Source: Ranitomeya imitator
Lineage: Eukaryota
DNA length: 64,000 nt
Reading direction: 5' to 3'
Assembly: GCF_032444005.1 (NCBI RefSeq)
Contig: NC_091285.1
Span: 646,350,001 to 646,414,000, forward strand
The notes under the pieces were generated by a model, which was not told where the DNA came from, ran no database searches, and saw only the letters and a program-made list of their open reading frames with translations. Below, piece by piece: positions 1 to 11,816 of the stretch. A program made the position numbers and the translations under genes. How positions within the stretch are numbered: the first letter of the stretch is position 1; each line of letters begins with the position of its first letter.

Positions 1-479
1 AAAAGGACACCCAATCATCCTGGTCTGCAGAAACAAAACATCTCAGATATGTTTCCAAGGTCTGATTGGTTCGTTCGGTCTGGCCATTAGTCTGAGGATG
101 GAAAGCCGAGGAAAAGGATAGGTCAATGCCCATCCTACCACAAAAGGCTCGCCAAAACCTTGAAACAAACTGGGAACCTCTGTCAGAAACAATATTCTCA
201 GGAATGCCATGCAACCGAACCACATGCTGAAAGAACAAAGGTACCAAATCAGAGGAGGAAGGCAATTTAGCCAAGGGCACCAGATGGACCATTTTAGAAA
301 AGCGATCACAGACCACGCAAATGGCTGACATCTTTTGAGAAACGGGAAGGTCAGAAATGAAATCCATCGAAATATGTGTCCAAGGCCTCTTTGGGACCGG
401 CAAGGGCAAAAGCAACCCACTGGCACGAGAACAGCAGGGCTTAGCCCTAGCACAAATCCCACAGGACTGCACAAAAGTA
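1..479 (-). mobile_element. Ty3/Gypsy copy A, integrase-coding segment left of the L2 insertion (continues beyond window start)
   Basis: 1-479 matches 8329-8807 of copy B (offset 8328) and encodes integrase core (WTHISMDF...VSDRGSQF) on the minus strand. Confidence 0.95.
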
Positions 480-3400
480 GTCTCCTAGTCGCTGGAGACA
501 TATCTCCAAACCCCGGCCCCCCATGTTATAGCCAGTCAAACCTCCCAATTGCTACACCCAGAAACCCCTCTAACCTTATTAATATTCCCTGCATGCCTGC
601 TGTCTCTTTCAATTGTGCCCTTTGGAATTCTCGCTCTGTGTGTAATAAACTCTCCTTCATTCATGACTTCTTCCTTTCTAATTCTCTTAATCTCCTGGCT
701 CTTACTGAAACCTGGATCCAGCAGTCAGACACCACCGCTGCTGCTGCTCTTTCATATGGTGGACTACACTTTTCTCATACCCCAAGATCAGACAACAGAG
801 CAGGTGGAGGCGTTGGTCTGCTCCTTTCACCCAAATGTACTTTCCAAGTTATCCCCCAAGTACCCTCACTTGTCTTCCCTTCCTTTGAGGTCCATGTGGT
901 CAGACTCTACGTCCCCTTCTCCATGCGAGTGGCGGTGGTGTATCGTCCTCCCGGCCCCTCTCATCAGTTCCTGGATCACTTTGCCACCTGGCTTCCACAC
1001 TTTCTCTCCTGTGACACCCCCACCCTTATCATGGGTGATTTCAACATCCCCATTGCCTCTCCCCTCTCCCCATCTGCTTCTCACCTTTTATCTCTATCCT
1101 CCTCTTTTGGCCTCTCGCAGCATACTAACTCTCCAACACATGAAGATGGAAACTCCCTTGACTTGGTCTTCTCCCGACTTTGCTCAGTGGATGACTTCAC
1201 AAACTCCCCTCTCCCGCTCTCTGACCACAACCTTCTTTCATTCTCTATCAAGAACTGCCATCCCGCTCAGGTCACCCCCACTTTCCACACCTATAGAAAC
1301 ATACAGGCCATTAACACCCAGAAACTTATGATGAACTTGCAGTCCTCATTGGCCCCTATTTCCTCCATCTCATGTCCTGATTCTGCATTGAAGCATTACA
1401 ATGAAACCCTGCAAAGTGCTCTGGATGAAGCTGCTCCTCCTATACATAAAACAACTCGGCACAGACGGCAACAACCGTGGCACACGCTGCAAACACGTTT
1501 CCTGCAGCGGTGCTCCAGGTGCGCAGAACGTCTGTGGAGAAAATCTAATCTACCCGAAGATTTCATCCATTATAAGTTCATGCTAAAGACATACAATTCT
1601 GCCCTTCACCTCTCCAAACAAACCTACTTCAACACCCTCATCACCTCCCTGTCCAATAACCCTAAACGTCTCTTTGACACGTTCCAGTCCCTACTCAACC
1701 CAAGAGAGCAGGCCCCAACCACGGATCTCCGTGCTGACGATCTGGCCAATTACTTCAAAGAAAAAATTGACCACATTCGACAGGAAATCATCTCCCAATC
1801 TCTTCATACCATGCACTGTCCTCCCTCCCCCACTGCATCTAGTTCACTCTCTGACTTTGAAGCAGTTACAGAAGAAGAAGTAAGCAGGCTCCTTGCATCT
1901 TCGCGCCCGACCACTTGCACCAGTGACCCCATTCCGTCACATCTCCTCCAGTCCCTTTCCCCGGCTATCACCTCTCACCTAACAAAAATATTCAACCTTT
2001 CCCTCACTTCCGGTATTTTTCCCTCCTCATTTAAGCATGCCATCATACATCCATTACTTAAAAAACCATCCCTCGATCAAAACTGTGCCGCTAATTATAG
2101 ACCTGTCTCTAATCTTCCCTTCATCTCTAAACTCCTCGAACGCCTGGTCCACTCCCGTCTTACCCGCTATCTCTCAGATAACTCTCTTCTCGACCCTCTT
2201 CAATCTGGCTTCCGCTCTTTACACTCTACTGAAACTGCCCTCATTAAAGTCTCTAATGACCTACTAACAGCTAAATCTAATGGTCACTACTCCATGCTAA
2301 TTCTCTTGGATCTCTCTGCAGCATTTGACACTGTGGATCATCAGCTCCTCCTCACTATGCTCCGCTCCATCGGCCTCAAGGACACCGTTCTCTCCTGGTT
2401 CTCCTCCTATCTCTCTGACCGATCCTTCACTGTATGTTTTGCTGGTTCCTCCTCCTCTCACCTTCCCCTTACTGTTGGGGTTCCTCAAGGATCAGTCCTA
2501 GGCCCCCTACTCTTCTCGTTGTATACTGCCCCTATTGGACAAACAATCAGTAGATTTGGTTTCCAGTACCATCTCTATGCTGACGACACCCAATTATACA
2601 CTTCTGCTCCCGATATCACACCGACCTTTTTAGAAAACACCAGTGATTGTCTTACCGCTGTCTCTAACATCATGTCCTCCCTCTATCTGAAACTAAACCT
2701 GTCAAAAACTGAACTCCTCGTGTTCTCTCCCTCTACTAACCTACCTTTGCCTGACATTGCCATCTCCGTGTGCGGTTCCACCATTACTCCAAAGCAACAT
2801 GCCCGCTGCCTTGGGGTCATCCTTGATTCTGACCTTTCATTCACCCCCTACATCCGATCACTGGCTCGCTCTTCTTACCTGCATCTCAAAAACATTTCTA
2901 GAATTCGCCCTTTTCTTAATTTCGACTCTGCAAAAACTCTGACTGTTTCACTTATTCATTCTCGTCTGGACTATTGTAACTCTCTACTAATCGGTCTCCC
3001 TCTTGCAAAACTCTCCCCGCTCCAATCTGTCCTGAATGCTGCAGCCAGGATCATATTCCTCACCAACCGTTACACCAATGCCTCTACCCTGTGCCAGTCA
3101 TTACACTGGCTACCCATCCACTCCAGAATCCAGTACAAAACTACTACCCTCATCCACAAAGCACTCCATGGCTCAGCACCACCCTACATCTCCTCCCTGG
3201 TATCAGTCTACCACCCTACCCGTGCCCTCCGCTCCGCTAATGACCTCAGGTTAGCATCCTCAATAATCAGAACCTCCCACTCCCGTCTCCAAGACTTTAC
3301 ACGTGCTGCGCCGATTCTTTGGAATGCACTACCTAGGTTAATACGATTAATCCCCAATCCCCACAGTTTTAAGCGTGCCCTAAAAACTCATTTGTTCAGA

Positions 3401-3819
3401 CTGGCCTACCGCCTCAATGCATTAACCTAACGATCCCTGTGTGGCCTATTTATAATAAAAAAAAAAAAAAAAGGTTCCTCGCATCATGTTCTCATACACT
3501 TTATGCAGTATTAGCCCTCTGTGTCTGTACTGCTACATACTTAGGCAGGTAACTGGTTCATGCAGCTTTACATGAACACCTGAGCCTTACACTATAGCTG
3601 GTCCGAATAACTAAAGCAATTGTTACCATCCACCTCTCGTGTCTCCCCTTTTCCCCATAGTTTGTAAGCTTGCGAGCAGGGCCCTCACTCCTCCTGGTAT
3701 CTGTTTTGAACTGTATTTCTGTTATGCTGTAATGTTTATTGTCTGTACAAGTCCCCTCTATAATTTGTAAAGCGCTGCGGAATATGTTGGCGCTATATAA
3801 ATAAAATTATTATTATTAT
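480..3819 (+). mobile_element. L2-clade LINE, 5'-truncated, inserted in the Gypsy copy A integrase
   Basis: EN-RT ORF, 3' UTR with terminal stem-loop AGCGCTGCGGAATATGTTGGCGCT (3771-3794), AATAAA and (ATT)n tail. Flanked by AAAGTA at 474-479 and 3820-3825; the uninterrupted site is at 8802-8807. Confidence 0.9.
593..3430 (+). CDS. L2 ORF2: APE endonuclease + reverse transcriptase, uninterrupted (945 aa from the first internal Met; frame is open back to the 5' junction)
   Basis: APE motifs ALWNSRS, LALTETW, GGGVG, MGDFN, LDLVF, SDH; RT motifs [32 protein letters not shown]. No stops. Confidence 0.9.
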   Translation: MPAVSFNCALWNSRSVCNKLSFIHDFFLSNSLNLLALTETWIQQSDTTAAAALSYGGLHFSHTPRSDNRAGGGVGLLLSPKCTFQVIPQVPSLVFPSFEVHVVRLYVPFSMRVAVVYRPPGPSHQFLDHFATWLPHFLSCDTPTLIMGDFNIPIASPLSPSASHLLSLSSSFGLSQHTNSPTHEDGNSLDLVFSRLCSVDDFTNSPLPLSDHNLLSFSIKNCHPAQVTPTFHTYRNIQAINTQKLMMNLQSSLAPISSISCPDSALKHYNETLQSALDEAAPPIHKTTRHRRQQPWHTLQTRFLQRCSRCAERLWRKSNLPEDFIHYKFMLKTYNSALHLSKQTYFNTLITSLSNNPKRLFDTFQSLLNPREQAPTTDLRADDLANYFKEKIDHIRQEIISQSLHTMHCPPSPTASSSLSDFEAVTEEEVSRLLASSRPTTCTSDPIPSHLLQSLSPAITSHLTKIFNLSLTSGIFPSSFKHAIIHPLLKKPSLDQNCAANYRPVSNLPFISKLLERLVHSRLTRYLSDNSLLDPLQSGFRSLHSTETALIKVSNDLLTAKSNGHYSMLILLDLSAAFDTVDHQLLLTMLRSIGLKDTVLSWFSSYLSDRSFTVCFAGSSSSHLPLTVGVPQGSVLGPLLFSLYTAPIGQTISRFGFQYHLYADDTQLYTSAPDITPTFLENTSDCLTAVSNIMSSLYLKLNLSKTELLVFSPSTNLPLPDIAISVCGSTITPKQHARCLGVILDSDLSFTPYIRSLARSSYLHLKNISRIRPFLNFDSAKTLTVSLIHSRLDYCNSLLIGLPLAKLSPLQSVLNAAARIIFLTNRYTNASTLCQSLHWLPIHSRIQYKTTTLIHKALHGSAPPYISSLVSVYHPTRALRSANDLRLASSIIRTSHSRLQDFTRAAPILWNALPRLIRLIPNPHSFKRALKTHLFRLAYRLNALT

Positions 3820-6800
3820 AAAGTACGTACATCCCGTGACAGAGATGGCCACCAGAAGGATCTAGCCACTAACTCTCTGGTACCAAAGATTCCAGGATGA
3901 CCAGCCAACACCGAACAATGAAGTTCAGAGATAAGTTTATTAGTCCACCTATCAGGGACGAACAGTTTCTCTGCTGGACAACGATGAGGTTTATTCGCCT
4001 GAAATTTTTGCAGCACCCGCCGCAAATCAGGGGAGATGGCAGACACAATGACTCCTTCCTTGAGGATACCCGCTGGCTCAGATAAACCCGGAGAGTCGGG
4101 CACAAAACTCCTAGACAGAGCATCCGCCTTCACATTTTTAGAGCCCGGAAGGTACGAAATCACAAAGTCGAAGCGGGCAAAAAATAACGACCAACGGGCC
4201 TGTCTAGGATTCAAGCGCTTGGCAGACTCGAGATAAGTCAAGTTCTTATGATCAGTCAATACCACCACGCGATGCTTAGCTCCTTCAAGCCAATGACGCC
4301 ACTCCTCGAATGCCCACTTCATGGCCAGCAACTCTCGATTGCCCACATCATAATTACGCTCAGCGGGCGAAAACTTCCTGGAAAAGAAAGCACATGGTTT
4401 CATCACTGAGCAATCAGAACCTCTCTGTGACAAAACCGCCCCTGCTCCAATCTCAGAAGCATCAACCTCGACCTGGAACGGAAGAGAAACATCTGGCTGA
4501 CACAACACAGGGGCAGAACAAAAACGACGCTTCAACTCCTGAAAAGCTTCCACAGCAGCAGAAGACCAATTAACCAAATCAGCACCCTTCTTGGTCAAAT
4601 CGGTCAATGGTTTGGCAATGCTAGAAAAATTACAGATGAAGCGACGATAAAAATTAGCAAAGCCCAGGAACTTTTGCAGACTTTTCAGAGATGTCGGCTG
4701 AATCCAATCCTGGATGGCTTGGACCTTAACTGGATCCATCTCGATAGTAGAAGGGGTAAAGATGAACCCCAAAAATGAAACTTTCTGCACACCGAAGAGA
4801 CACTTTGATCCCTTCACAAACAAAGAGTTAGCACGCAGGACCTGAAAAACCATTCTGACCTGCTTCACATGAGACTCCCAATCATCTGAGAAGATCAAAA
4901 TGTCATCCAAGTAAACAATCAGGAATTTATCCAGATACTCACGGAAGATGTCATGCATAAAAGACTGAAACACAGATGGAGCATTGGCAAGTCCGAACGG
5001 CATCACAAGATACTCAAAATGACCCTCGGGCGTATTGAATGCAGTTTTCCATTCATCTCCTTGCCTGATTCTCACCAGATTATACGCACCACGAAGATCT
5101 ATCTTAGTGAACCAACTAGCCCCCTTAATCCGAGCAAACAAGTCAGATAACAATGGCAAGGGATACTGAAATTTAACAGTGATCTTATTAAGAAGGCGGT
5201 AATCAATACACGGTCTCAGCGAACCATCCTTCTTGGCTACAAAGAAGAACCCTGCTCCCAGTGGTGATGACGATGGGCGAATATGTCCCTTCTCCAGGGA
5301 TTCCTTCACATAACTGCGCATAGCGGCGTGTTCGGGCACGGATAAATTAAATAATCGACCTTTAGGGAATTTACTACCAGGAATCAAATTGATAGCACAA
5401 TCACAATCCCTATGCGGAGGTAGAGCATCGGACTTGGGCTCTTCAAATACATCCTGATAATCAGACAAGAACTCTGGGACCTCAGAAGGGGTGGATGACG
5501 AAATCGACAAAAATGGAACATCACCATGTACCCCCTGACAACCCCAGCTGGATACCGACATGGAATTCCAATCCAATACTGGATTATGGATTTGTAGCCA
5601 TGGCAACCCCAACACAACCACATCATGCAGATTATGCAACACCAGAAAGCGAATAACTTCCTGATGTGCAGGAGCCATGCACATGGTCAGCTGGGCCCAG
5701 TATTGAGGTTTATTCTTGGCCAAAGGTGTAGCATCAATTCCTCTCAATGGAATAGGACACCGCAAAGGCTCCAAGAAAAACCCACAACGTTTAGCATAAT
5801 CCAAATCCATCAGATTCAGGGCAGCGCCCGAATCCACAAACGCCATGACAGAAAACGACGACAAAGAGCATATCAAGGTAATGGACAGAAGGAATTTGGA
5901 CTGTACAGTACCAATGACGGCAGACCTAGCGGACCGCCTAGTGCGCTTAGGACAATCAGAAATAGCATGAGTGGAATCACCACAGTAGAAACACAGACCA
6001 TTCAGAAGTCTGTATTCCTGCCGTTCAACTCTAGTCATAGTCCTATCGCACTGCATAGGCTCAGGTTTAACCTCAGGCAGTACCGCCAAATGGTGCACAG
6101 ATTTACGCTCGCGCAAGCGTCGACCGATCTGAATGGCCAAAGACAAAGACTCATTCAAACCAACAGGCATAGGAAATCCCACCATGACATCCTTAAGAGC
6201 CTCAGAGAGACCCTTTCTGAACAAAGCTGCCAGCGCAGATTCATTCCACTGAGTGAGTACTGACCATTTCCTAAATTTCTGACAATATACTTCTATATCA
6301 TCCTGACCCTGGCACAAAGCCAGCAAATTTTTCTCAGCCTGATCCACTGAATTAGGCTCATCGTACAGCAATCCGAGCGCCAGGAAAAACGCATCGACAC
6401 TACTCAATGCAGGGTCTCCTGGCGCAAGAGAAAATGCCCAGTCTTGAGGGTCGCCGCGCAAAAAAGAAATAATAATCAAAACCTGTTGAATAGGATTACC
6501 AGAAGAATGAGGTTTCAAGGCCAGAAATAGCTTACAATTATTTTTGAAACTTAGAAACTTAGTTCTATCTCCAAAAAACAAATCAGGAATAGGAATTCTT
6601 GGTTCTAACATAGATTTCTGATCAATAGTATCTTGAATTTTTTGTACATTTATAACGAGATTATCCATTGAAGAGCACAGACCCTGAATATCCATGTCCA
6701 CACCTGTGTCCAGAATCACCCAAATGTCTAGGGGAAAAAAAAAAAAAGTGAACACAGAGCAGAAAAAAAAAAAAAAAATGATGTCAGAACTTTTTCTTTC

Positions 6801-6834
6801 CCTCTATTGAGAATCATTAGTTGGCTCCTTGTAC
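3820..6834 (-). mobile_element. Ty3/Gypsy copy A internal region (gag, PR, RT, RNase H, start of IN), truncated by L2
   Basis: Near-identical to 8802-11816 (offset 4982). ORF 3816-6755 ends RDVRTL* in the L2 tail. Confidence 0.95.
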
Positions 6835-7616
6835 TGTTATGTTTGCTAATGACAGGTGTTATGAAGGCAATCCAGAAACACAGTGTGCTTAGCGATCAGA
6901 GCGTACACAGTGATCTGACAAATACCCAAAAATACAAGAACGAGCTCTGAGACGTGGAAACTCTGTAGACTGCACACCTGATCCTATCCTAAACACAACT
7001 AAAAGCGGCTGTGGATTGCGCCTAACAACTACCTAGGCAACTCGGCACAGCCTAAGAAACTAGCTAGCCTGAAGATAGAAAAATAGGCCTGACTTGCCCC
7101 AGAGAAATTCCCCAAAGGAAAAGGCAGCCCCCCACATATAATGACTGTGAGTAAGATGAAAAGACAAAACGTAGGGATGAAATAGATTCAGCAAAGTGGG
7201 GCCCGATATTCTAGGACAGAGCGAGGACAGTAAAGCGAACTTTGCAGTCTACAAAAAACCCTAAAGCAAAACCACGCAAAGGGGGCAAAAAAAACCCACC
7301 GTGCCGAACTAACGGCACGGCGGTACACCCTTTGCGTCTCAGAGCTTCCAGCAAAACAAAACCCAAGCTGGACAGAAAAAAAGCAACAAAAAAAAGCAAA
7401 AAGCACTTAGCTATACAGAGCAGCAGGTCACAGGAACAATCAGGAGAAGCTCAGATCCAACACTGAAACATTGACAAGGAGCAAGGATAGCAGCATCAGG
7501 CGGAGTTAAGTAATGAAGCAGTTAACGAGCTCACCAGAACACCTGAGGGAGGAAGCTCAGAAGCTGCAGTACCACTTGTGACCACAGGAGTGAATTCAGC
7601 CACAGAATTCACAACA
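6835..7616 (-). repeat. Gypsy LTR (782 bp), shared as 3' LTR of copy B and 5' LTR of copy A
   Basis: TGTT...AACA termini; PPT (GGGGGGGTAC on minus strand) at 7617 onward; PBS-position segment at 6824-6834; three substitutions seen versus 11817-12598. Confidence 0.95.
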
Positions 7617-10600
7617 GTACCCCCCCCTTGAGGAGGGGTCACCGAACCCTCACCAGAGCCCCCAGGCCGACCAGGATGAGCCGCATGAAAGGCACGAACA
7701 AGATCGGAAGCATGAACATCAGAGGCAAAAACCCAGGAATTATCTTCCTGAGCATAACCCTTCCATTTAACCAGATACTGGAGTTTCCGTCTAGAAACAC
7801 GAGAATCCAAAATCTTCTCCACAATATACTCCAATTCCCCCTCCACCAAAACCGGGGCAGGAGGCTCAACAGATGGAACCATAGGTGCCACGTATCTCCG
7901 CAACAACGACCTATGGAATACATTATGTATGGAAAAGGAGTCTGGGAGGGTCAAACGAAAAGACACAGGATTGAGAACCTCAGAAATCCTATACGGACCA
8001 ATAAAACGAGGTTTAAATTTAGGAGAGGAAACCTTCATAGGAATATGACGAGAAGATAACCAAACCAGATCCCCAACACGAAGTCGGGGACCCACACGGC
8101 GTCTGCGATTAGCGAAAAGTTGAGCTTTCTCCTGGGACAAGATCAAATTGTCCACTACCCGAGTCCAGATCTGCTGCAACCTATCCACCACAGAATCCAC
8201 ACCAGGACAGTCCGAAGACTCAACCTGTCCTGAAGAGAAACGAGGATGGAACCCAGAATTGCAAAAAAATGGAGAAACCAAGGTAGCCGAGCTGGCCCGA
8301 TTATTAAGGGCGAACTCAGCCAACGGCAAAAAGGACACCCAATCATCCTGGTCTGCAGAAACAAAACATCTCAGATATGTTTCCAAGGTCTGATTGGTTC
8401 GTTCGGTCTGGCCATTAGTCTGAGGATGGAAAGCCGAGGAAAAGGATAGGTCAATGCCCATCCTACCACAAAAGGCTCGCCAAAACCTTGAAACAAACTG
8501 GGAACCTCTGTCAGAAACAATATTCTCAGGAATGCCATGCAACCGAACCACATGCTGAAAGAACAAAGGTACCAAATCAGAGGAGGAAGGCAATTTAGCC
8601 AAGGGCACCAGATGGACCATTTTAGAAAAGCGATCACAGACCACGCAAATGGCTGACATCTTTTGAGAAACGGGAAGGTCAGAAATGAAATCCATCGAAA
8701 TATGTGTCCAAGGCCTCTTTGGGACCGGCAAGGGCAAAAGCAACCCACTGGCACGAGAACAGCAGGGCTTAGCCCTAGCACAAATCCCACAGGACTGCAC
8801 AAAAGTACGTACATCCCGTGACAGAGATGGCCACCAGAAGGATCTAGCCACTAACTCTCTGGTACCAAAGATTCCAGGATGACCAGCCAACACCGAACAA
8901 TGAAGTTCAGAGATAAGTTTATTAGTCCACCTATCAGGGACGAACAGTTTCTCTGCTGGACAACGATGAGGTTTATTCGCCTGAAATTTTTGCAGCACCC
9001 GCCGCAAATCAGGGGAGATGGCAGACACAATGACTCCTTCCTTGAGGATACCCGCTGGCTCAGATAAACCCGGAGAGTCGGGCACAAAACTCCTAGACAG
9101 AGCATCCGCCTTCACATTTTTAGAGCCCGGAAGGTACGAAATCACAAAGTCGAAGCGGGCAAAAAATAACGACCAACGGGCCTGTCTAGGATTCAAGCGC
9201 TTGGCAGACTCGAGATAAGTCAAGTTCTTATGATCAGTCAATACCACCACGCGATGCTTAGCTCCTTCAAGCCAATGACGCCACTCCTCGAATGCCCACT
9301 TCATGGCCAGCAACTCTCGATTGCCCACATCATAATTACGCTCAGCGGGCGAAAACTTCCTGGAAAAGAAAGCACATGGTTTCATCACTGAGCAATCAGA
9401 ACCTCTCTGTGACAAAACCGCCCCTGCTCCAATCTCAGAGGCATCAACCTCGACCTGGAACGGAAGAGAAACATCTGGCTGACACAACACAGGGGCAGAA
9501 CAAAAACGACGCTTCAACTCCTGAAAAGCTTCCACAGCAGCAGAAGACCAATTAACCAAATCAGCACCCTTCTTGGTCAAATCGGTCAATGGTTTGGCAA
9601 TGCTAGAAAAATTACAGATGAAGCGACGATAAAAATTAGCAAAGCCCAGGAACTTTTGCAGACTTTTCAGAGATGTCGGCTGAATCCAATCCTGGATGGC
9701 TTGGACCTTAACTGGATCCATCTCGATAGTAGAAGGGGTAAAGATGAACCCCAAAAATGAAACTTTCTGCACACCGAAGAGACACTTTGATCCCTTCACA
9801 AACAAAGAGTTAGCACGCAGGACCTGAAAAACCATTCTGACCTGCTTCACATGAGACTCCCAATCATCTGAGAAGATCAAAATGTCATCCAAGTAAACAA
9901 TCAGGAATTTATCCAGATACTCACGGAAGATGTCATGCATAAAAGACTGAAACACAGATGGAGCATTGGCAAGTCCGAACGGCATCACAAGATACTCAAA
10001 ATGACCCTCGGGCGTATTGAATGCAGTTTTCCATTCATCTCCTTGCCTGATTCTCACCAGATTATACGCACCACGAAGATCTATCTTAGTGAACCAACTA
10101 GCCCCCTTAATCCGAGCAAACAAGTCAGATAACAATGGCAAGGGATACTGAAATTTAACAGTGATCTTATTAAGAAGGCGGTAATCAATACACGGTCTCA
10201 GCGAACCATCCTTCTTGGCTACAAAGAAGAACCCTGCTCCCAGTGGTGATGACGATGGGCGAATATGTCCCTTCTCCAGGGATTCCTTCACATAACTGCG
10301 CATAGCGGCGTGTTCGGGCACGGATAAATTAAATAATCGACCTTTAGGGAATTTACTACCAGGAATCAAATTGATAGCACAATCACAATCCCTATGCGGA
10401 GGTAGAGCATCGGACTTGGGCTCTTCAAATACATCCTGATAATCAGACAAGAACTCTGGGACCTCAGAAGGGGTGGATGACGAAATCGACAAAAATGGAA
10501 CATCACCATGTACCCCCTGACAACCCCAGCTGGATACCGACATGGAATTCCAATCCAATACTGGATTATGGATTTGTAGCCATGGCGACCCCAACACGAC

Positions 10601-11677
10601 CACATCATGCAGATTATGCAACACCAGAAAGCGAATAACTTCCTGATGTGCAGGAGCCATGCACATGGTCAGCTGGGCCCAGTATTGAGGTTTATTCTTG
10701 GCCAAAGGTGTAGCATCAATTCCTCTCAATGGAATAGGACACCGCAAAGGCTCCAAGAAAAACCCACAACGTTTAGCATAATCCAAATCCATCAGATTCA
10801 GGGCAGCGCCCGAATCCACAAACGCCATGACAGAAAACGACGACAAAGAGCATATCAAGGTAATGGACAGAAGGAATTTGGACTGTACAGTACCAATGAC
10901 GGCAGACCTAGCGGACCGCCTAGTGCGCTTAGGACAATCAGAAATAGCATGAGTGGAATCACCACAGTAGAAACACAGACCATTCAGACGTCTGTATTCC
11001 TGCCGTTCAACTCTAGTCATAGTCCTATCGCACTGCATAGGCTCAGGTTTAACCTCAGGCAGTACCGCCAAATGGTGCACAGATTTACGCTCGCGCAAGC
11101 GTCGACCGATCTGAATGGCCAAAGACAAAGACTCATTCAAACCAACAGGCATAGGAAATCCCACCATGACATCCTTAAGAGCCTCAGAGAGACCCTTTCT
11201 GAACAAAGCTGCCAGCGCAGATTCATTCCACTGAGTGAGTACTGACCATTTCCTAAATTTCTGACAATATACTTCTATATCATCCTGACCCTGGCACAAA
11301 GCCAGCAAATTTTTCTCAGCCTGATCCACTGAATTAGGCTCATCGTACAGCAATCCGAGCGCCAGGAAAAACGCATCGACACTACTCAATGCAGGGTCTC
11401 CTGGCGCAAGAGAAAATGCCCAGTCTTGAGGGTCGCCGCGCAAAAAAGAAATAATAATCAAAACCTGTTGAATAGGATTACCAGAAGAATGAGGTTTCAA
11501 GGCCAGAAATAGCTTACAATTATTTTTGAAACTTAGAAACTTAGTTCTATCTCCAAAAAACAAATCAGGAATAGGAATTCTTGGTTCTAACATAGATTTC
11601 TGATCAATAGTATCTTGAATTTTTTGTACATTTATAACGAGATTATCCATTGAAGAGCACAGACCCTGAATATCCAT
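7496..11677 (-). CDS. Gag-Pol polyprotein (1393 aa from MDIQGL): Gag with CCHC knuckle, protease, RT, RNase H, integrase, chromodomain
   Basis: CFYCGDSTHAISDC; FVDSGA; YLDD; VDAS; HHCC zinc finger; SDRG; PRFIGPY; C-terminal EYIVEKILDSRVSRRKLQYLVKWKGY...NSW chromodomain. Confidence 0.92.
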   Translation of the reverse strand: MDIQGLCSSMDNLVINVQKIQDTIDQKSMLEPRIPIPDLFFGDRTKFLSFKNNCKLFLALKPHSSGNPIQQVLIIISFLRGDPQDWAFSLAPGDPALSSVDAFFLALGLLYDEPNSVDQAEKNLLALCQGQDDIEVYCQKFRKWSVLTQWNESALAALFRKGLSEALKDVMVGFPMPVGLNESLSLAIQIGRRLRERKSVHHLAVLPEVKPEPMQCDRTMTRVERQEYRRLNGLCFYCGDSTHAISDCPKRTRRSARSAVIGTVQSKFLLSITLICSLSSFSVMAFVDSGAALNLMDLDYAKRCGFFLEPLRCPIPLRGIDATPLAKNKPQYWAQLTMCMAPAHQEVIRFLVLHNLHDVVVLGSPWLQIHNPVLDWNSMSVSSWGCQGVHGDVPFLSISSSTPSEVPEFLSDYQDVFEEPKSDALPPHRDCDCAINLIPGSKFPKGRLFNLSVPEHAAMRSYVKESLEKGHIRPSSSPLGAGFFFVAKKDGSLRPCIDYRLLNKITVKFQYPLPLLSDLFARIKGASWFTKIDLRGAYNLVRIRQGDEWKTAFNTPEGHFEYLVMPFGLANAPSVFQSFMHDIFREYLDKFLIVYLDDILIFSDDWESHVKQVRMVFQVLRANSLFVKGSKCLFGVQKVSFLGFIFTPSTIEMDPVKVQAIQDWIQPTSLKSLQKFLGFANFYRRFICNFSSIAKPLTDLTKKGADLVNWSSAAVEAFQELKRRFCSAPVLCQPDVSLPFQVEVDASEIGAGAVLSQRGSDCSVMKPCAFFSRKFSPAERNYDVGNRELLAMKWAFEEWRHWLEGAKHRVVVLTDHKNLTYLESAKRLNPRQARWSLFFARFDFVISYLPGSKNVKADALSRSFVPDSPGLSEPAGILKEGVIVSAISPDLRRVLQKFQANKPHRCPAEKLFVPDRWTNKLISELHCSVLAGHPGIFGTRELVARSFWWPSLSRDVRTFVQSCGICARAKPCCSRASGLLLPLPVPKRPWTHISMDFISDLPVSQKMSAICVVCDRFSKMVHLVPLAKLPSSSDLVPLFFQHVVRLHGIPENIVSDRGSQFVSRFWRAFCGRMGIDLSFSSAFHPQTNGQTERTNQTLETYLRCFVSADQDDWVSFLPLAEFALNNRASSATLVSPFFCNSGFHPRFSSGQVESSDCPGVDSVVDRLQQIWTRVVDNLILSQEKAQLFANRRRRVGPRLRVGDLVWLSSRHIPMKVSSPKFKPRFIGPYRISEVLNPVSFRLTLPDSFSIHNVFHRSLLRRYVAPMVPSVEPPAPVLVEGELEYIVEKILDSRVSRRKLQYLVKWKGYAQEDNSWVFASDVHASDLVRAFHAAHPGRPGGSGEGSVTPPQGGGTVVNSVAEFTPVVTSGTAASELPPSGVLVSSLTASLLNSA

Positions 11678-11816
11678 GTCCACACCTGTGTCCAGAATCA
11701 CCCAAATGTCTAGGGGAAAAAAAAAAAAAGTGAACACAGAGCAGAAAAAAAAAAAAAAAATGATGTCAGAACTTTTTCTTTCCCTCTATTGAGAATCATT
11801 AGTTGGCTCCTTGTAC

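Noticed and set aside
335-479. ATG 335 as the native L2 ORF2 start
   Set aside because: It lies in Gypsy antisense sequence outside the L2 boundary.
11678-11737. MFTFFFFPLD N-terminus of Gag-Pol in the ORF track
   Set aside because: Begins at a non-ATG codon in a poly(T) run whose length varies; the first true ATG is 11677.
11799-11816. tRNA primer-binding site for the Gypsy element
   Set aside because: Lacks the TGG complementary to tRNA CCA; complementarity to the LTR explains it better.
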